This document shows, piece by piece, positions 60,144 through 64,000 of a stretch of 64,000 nt of DNA. Source of the DNA: an uncultured delta proteobacterium (GTDB lineage: Bacteria; Desulfobacterota; Desulfobaccia; Desulfobaccales; 0-14-0-80-60-11); assembly GCA_963812015.1 (NCBI GenBank), contig CAWETI010000002.1, forward strand, positions 768,001-832,000. Reading direction: 5' to 3'. Position 1 is the stretch's first letter, and each line of letters begins with the position of its first letter. The position numbers were made by a program, and so were the translations under genes. Under the pieces are notes generated by a model. That model saw only the letters and a list, made by a program, of their open reading frames with translations, made no database searches and was not told where the DNA came from.

Positions 60144-60456
60144 CAAAACGAAAAGCAGGAGGGCGCCGAGGTATCCGTAACGGCCTAATGCCGTTAAGAA
60201 TATGCTTCTCCCCCCCATCCCGCTGGCCTGGGTTTCATTAGGTTGCCCGGCAAGGTTGCCTCTGTTCACTTCTTCGGCGGGAACTTATTGAAAATAAAAA
60301 AAACCCGATAAAATAGTGGGGATATTTTTATCGGGGCCTAGGCAGGTATCTGACGAGAGCGATGGCCGGCACCCCGTTTTCCGCCCATGAGGGAGGATTG
60401 CGGATTGGGAGTTAATCGCTGACGTATCGGAAGCGGCGGGGAAATCGAGGGCGTCG

Positions 60457-61290
60457 ATGAGCAAAGTCTGGCTGGATACGGTGCTGGAAGAACTGCGGCG
60501 GGTCCGGGGATTGGACCTGAGCGATTACCGCCGGCCCACCCTGGAGCGCCGCCTGGCCGCCCGGATGGCCAATCTACGCCTAAACGACCCCGGGGAGTAT
60601 CTGCAGCGGCTGCGGTCCGACCCCTCTGAGTGCGACCGGCTCATTGAGACCATCGATATCAAGGTCTCGTCATTTTTCCGGGACCCCCTGGTCTTTGAAT
60701 TCTTAGCCCACCGGGTCCTGCCCTTGATAATGGAGCGCCACCGGCGGCAGCACACCCGCCAGATTCGCGTCTGGAGCGCCGGATGCGCCGCCGGGGAAGA
60801 ACCCTATTCCGTGGCCATCCTCCTGGCCCAAGCTTTGGAGGACGAGGACTTTCCGTGGCTTCCTTATATCTGCGCCACGGATATCAGTCCCGAGGCCCTG
60901 GCCGCGGCCCAAACCCGCAGCTATCGCCGGGAGAGCTTGGAGACCACCCAACTGGGAATCCTGGACCGCTTCTTCCGGCCCACGGCAGACGGCTTCGAAG
61001 TCATCCCGGAGATTCGCCGGATGGTCCAGTTCTCCCGGGATGACCTGACCTCCCGGCACAGTCTCGCCCCGGCGGACAGCGTCTTCGGGTCCTTCGACCT
61101 GGTGCTCTGCCGCAATGTGCTCATTTACTTCACCCTGGACCTGCAAAAAAGGGTCCAGGATAAACTGTACGGCGCTTTGAACCCCGGGGGGTACCTGGTC
61201 CTGGGGATGTCCGAATCCCTGCCGCCGAAGACGGCGTCCCGGTTAATCGCGGTTGACCAGCCGTGCCGGATCTTTCAAAAGTCCGGTTAA
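60457..61290 (+). CDS. cheR: CheR-type methyltransferase
   Basis: SSFFRD, RVWSAGCAAGEEPYSVA, ATDIS, DLVLCRNVLIYF, GGYLVLG. Confidence 0.92.
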   Translation: MSKVWLDTVLEELRRVRGLDLSDYRRPTLERRLAARMANLRLNDPGEYLQRLRSDPSECDRLIETIDIKVSSFFRDPLVFEFLAHRVLPLIMERHRRQHTRQIRVWSAGCAAGEEPYSVAILLAQALEDEDFPWLPYICATDISPEALAAAQTRSYRRESLETTQLGILDRFFRPTADGFEVIPEIRRMVQFSRDDLTSRHSLAPADSVFGSFDLVLCRNVLIYFTLDLQKRVQDKLYGALNPGGYLVLGMSESLPPKTASRLIAVDQPCRIFQKSG

Positions 61291-61336
61291 GGGGCATCTC
61301 CGTCTTAGGCGGATGAAGCCGCAAGGAGTCTTGACC

Positions 61337-64000
61337 ATGAACCTGCTGAACCGGATTACCATCAGGAGCCGGGTGTGGGGCGCTGCGGCCCTGCTGCTGC
61401 TGCTTTTCCTGGCCTTCGGGCTGTTCTCCCTCCACGAAATGCGCGCCTTGGACCACTTCACCTGGGAGCTGTACAACCACCCCTTCCAGGTCTCCAATGC
61501 GGCCCTGCGGGCCGGCACAGGGGTGAGCCAGATGCAGAGCAGCATGCGCCAAGCCATTCTGGCCCGCTCTGAGTCCGAGTTAGCCATGGCCGTCCAGGAG
61601 GTTCGGGAGGCCGAGCGGGCGACCCATGACAACCTCAATGTGGTCCGGGACAAGATCCTGGGGGCCGAGGGACAGGCGCTGGAACGGAAAACCCGGGAAC
61701 AGTTGGATGCCTGGGGCAAGGTCAGAAATGAGGTGCTGGCACTAATCCGGAGGGGAGATAAAGCCGCGGCCATCGCCTTGACCCTGGGCCAGGAAGATGA
61801 ACTTTTTGAACGCCTGGTACAAGCTCTGCTGAACCTGCGGAATTACGCCCGCAACAAAGCCGGCGATTTTATGGAAAACGCCCGGGAGCAGCAGCAGCAA
61901 ATTTATCAGCGCACCATCATATTCTTGGCCATTGCGGCGCTGCTGGCTTTTCTCATCGGCGTTTTCCTGATCAGGAGCGCCCTGGCCGATCTGGCGGCCC
62001 TCCGGAGGACCATGACGGCCATCACCCGCACCGGCCGCCTGGAAAAATCCATGGTGACAGGGGCCAACGAAATCGCCGACATGGCCGCGCACTTCAACGG
62101 CTTGGTGGACCGGCTGCAATCCCAGTTCTGGCTGAAAGACGGCCTGGCCGCCCTGAACAGAAAGCTGGCCGGGGATCTGCCCGCCGGCGATTTGTCCGCC
62201 GGCGGCCTCAACTTTATCTCCCGGTATGTGGGGGCCTGCGCCGGGGCATTTTATGCCTATGATCAACCGGCCTCCCGTTGGGAGCTGAAAGCCCCTTATG
62301 CCCTGGGGGAGGGCACCTATCTGGCCCCGCAGTTCAAGGAGGGGGAAGGGATTGTGGGCCAGGTGGCGGCAGAGAGGAAGCCCATCTTTCTGGAAGGCAT
62401 CACCCGGGAAGAAGCCGTGGCCGCCAGCGCCACCGTCAGCGAACCTCCCCGAAGCCTTTACGCCGTTCCCCTGTTGTATCAAGGGGAATTAGCCGGCGTT
62501 ATGGAAGTGGCTTCTTTCACCGGGATTGACGCCAGCCAACGGGAATTTCTCAATGCTGCGGCCCACATCCTGGCCATGTCCCTGTATGCCGCAGTCCAGA
62601 AAGACCGCATCCGGGGGCTGCTGAAAGCCTCCCAGGAGGCCAACGAAGAGCTCGCGGGGATGAACGAGGAACTCCAGGCCCAGTCGGAGGAGTTGCAAGC
62701 CCAGACCGAGGAACTGCGGGCCCAGACCGAGGAGTTGGAAAGACAGCGCCTCCGGGTGGAGGAGGCGGACCGCCTCAAGTCCGAGTTTCTCTCCAACATG
62801 AGCCACGAACTGCGCACCCCCCTGAACAGCGTCCTGGCCTTGACCCAGTTGATGATGGCCCGGGGCACGGGGAAGGATGCGGCCCAAGAGGCGGAATATT
62901 TGCAGGTCATCGAGCGCAACGGCCGGCACCTGCTGCACCTGATCAACGACATCCTGGATATTGCCCGCATCGAATCCGGCCGGGTGCAGTTGACCCTGAC
63001 GGAGATCGATCCCCGCGCAACCTGCGACCGGGCCCTGGAGACGGTGCGGCCCCTGGTGGCTGAACGTGGCCTGGAACTCAAGGCCGATTACGGCGACCTG
63101 CCCCGGATATCCACCGACGAAGACAAGCTCCAGCAGATCCTCATCAACCTGCTGTCCAACGCGGTGAAGTTCACCGACCAGGGACAGATCGACCTTGCGG
63201 TGGATACGGCGGGAGACCGGGTGCGCTTTGTCGTCCGGGATACCGGCGTGGGCATCGCTCCGGAGGTCCTGCCCTATATCTTTGACAAGTTTCGGCAAGC
63301 GGACGGTTCCTCCACCCGCCGGTTCGAAGGCACCGGCTTGGGCCTGGCCATTTGCCAGTCCCTGGCCAAAATTCTGGGCGGGGAAATCGCGGTGGCCAGC
63401 GAGCTGGGCCGGGGCAGCACCTTTACCCTGTGCCTACCGCGGCGTTGCCCGGAACCCCAGGAGGTCGCCGACGCGGCGCTGGTTACCCGGTCGTCTCCTG
63501 ACACCGCCCCGGTCCAGCCACCGCCGGCACCGTCCGCGGCCCGGGGGGAACCGCCCCTAATCATGGTGGTGGAGGACAATCCGGTGGCGGAGCTGCAGAT
63601 CCGCACCGTCTTGGAGGAACAGGGGTACGCGGTCCAGGTGGCCCCAGGCGGCGCCGAGGCCCTGGCAGGTCTTTCCCAGGTCAGGCCGGACGCCATCATT
63701 CTGGATCTGATGATGCCGGAGGTGGACGGGTTCCAGGTCCTGGAGCAGATCCGGGCCATTCCTGCCACCGCCGCCATCCCGGTGCTGTTGCTGACGGCCA
63801 AGGGGCTCACCCGGGAAGACCAGGCCCGCCTGGCGCCCCACCATATCCGGCAGCTCGTCTTGAAGGGGAGCCTGAGCCGGGAGGAGTTGGCGGCCTGCGT
63901 CCGCCGGCTTCTCAGGATTCCGGCCCCGCCCGTTCTCCCACCGCAGGCAACCGCCCCGCGGCCCCCGGTTGCCCGGCGGCCGGGCCGCCCCATCCTGGTG
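61337..64000 (+). CDS. Hybrid sensor histidine kinase (TM, periplasmic domain, HAMP, GAF, HisKA, HATPase, REC); runs off the window end
   Basis: SD AAGGAG, ATG 61337; KSEFLSNMSHELRTPLN, NLLSNAVKFT, DTGVGI, GTGLGLAI, VVEDN..LDLMMP. Absent from the ORF track because it has no stop in the window. Confidence 0.92.
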   Translation, partial: MNLLNRITIRSRVWGAAALLLLLFLAFGLFSLHEMRALDHFTWELYNHPFQVSNAALRAGTGVSQMQSSMRQAILARSESELAMAVQEVREAERATHDNLNVVRDKILGAEGQALERKTREQLDAWGKVRNEVLALIRRGDKAAAIALTLGQEDELFERLVQALLNLRNYARNKAGDFMENAREQQQQIYQRTIIFLAIAALLAFLIGVFLIRSALADLAALRRTMTAITRTGRLEKSMVTGANEIADMAAHFNGLVDRLQSQFWLKDGLAALNRKLAGDLPAGDLSAGGLNFISRYVGACAGAFYAYDQPASRWELKAPYALGEGTYLAPQFKEGEGIVGQVAAERKPIFLEGITREEAVAASATVSEPPRSLYAVPLLYQGELAGVMEVASFTGIDASQREFLNAAAHILAMSLYAAVQKDRIRGLLKASQEANEELAGMNEELQAQSEELQAQTEELRAQTEELERQRLRVEEADRLKSEFLSNMSHELRTPLNSVLALTQLMMARGTGKDAAQEAEYLQVIERNGRHLLHLINDILDIARIESGRVQLTLTEIDPRATCDRALETVRPLVAERGLELKADYGDLPRISTDEDKLQQILINLLSNAVKFTDQGQIDLAVDTAGDRVRFVVRDTGVGIAPEVLPYIFDKFRQADGSSTRRFEGTGLGLAICQSLAKILGGEIAVASELGRGSTFTLCLPRRCPEPQEVADAALVTRSSPDTAPVQPPPAPSAARGEPPLIMVVEDNPVAELQIRTVLEEQGYAVQVAPGGAEALAGLSQVRPDAIILDLMMPEVDGFQVLEQIRAIPATAAIPVLLLTAKGLTREDQARLAPHHIRQLVLKGSLSREELAACVRRLLRIPAPPVLPPQATAPRPPVARRPGRPILV

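Noticed and set aside
61375..63993. Short ORFs listed in the track over the last 2.7 kb
   Set aside because: All overlap the single open plus-strand hybrid kinase frame starting at 61337.

Overview
Window from a GC-rich anaerobic deltaproteobacterium. The gene content suggests a Desulfobacca-like member of Desulfobacterota (inference). About 1-14.8 kb is core genome: ftsY, glyS, glyQ, tRNA-Val(GAC), sppA, rpsA/cmk (read as one frame), hisC, a miniature corrinoid Fe-S-like protein, a response regulator, glgC, a histidine phosphatase and a YkgJ-family gene. From about 15 kb onward the window is an accessory mosaic: membrane/periplasmic genes, a divergent thymidylate synthase, a UxxC DsbA-like selenoprotein, an SBBP autotransporter, USP, HDAC, IS110, a Hyb-type [NiFe]-hydrogenase operon, decayed selenium/sulfur genes, a tRNA-Thr att remnant, a PKS/ceramide-synthase-like lipid cluster, cheR and a hybrid kinase. 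Main discovery: nine co-oriented copies of an unannotated ~100/219-bp quasi-palindromic site with ATAT-N7-ATAT cores partition the mosaic into cargo modules. The copies occur as two-core, one-core and half forms, as expected for a site-specific recombination cassette system. An IS1111-type IS110 sits exactly at the end of one copy, and its right-end non-coding region carries four guide-like segments matching that site and its own circle junction. IS1380 right ends and a group II intron tail also cluster at these sites. Second highlight: two divergent, homologous promoter-SD-12-codon-UGA-hairpin leaders (candidate selenium sensors) lie between the hydrogenase operon and a decayed selenoprotein locus. 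All calls come from reading the sequence by eye; no searches were run.
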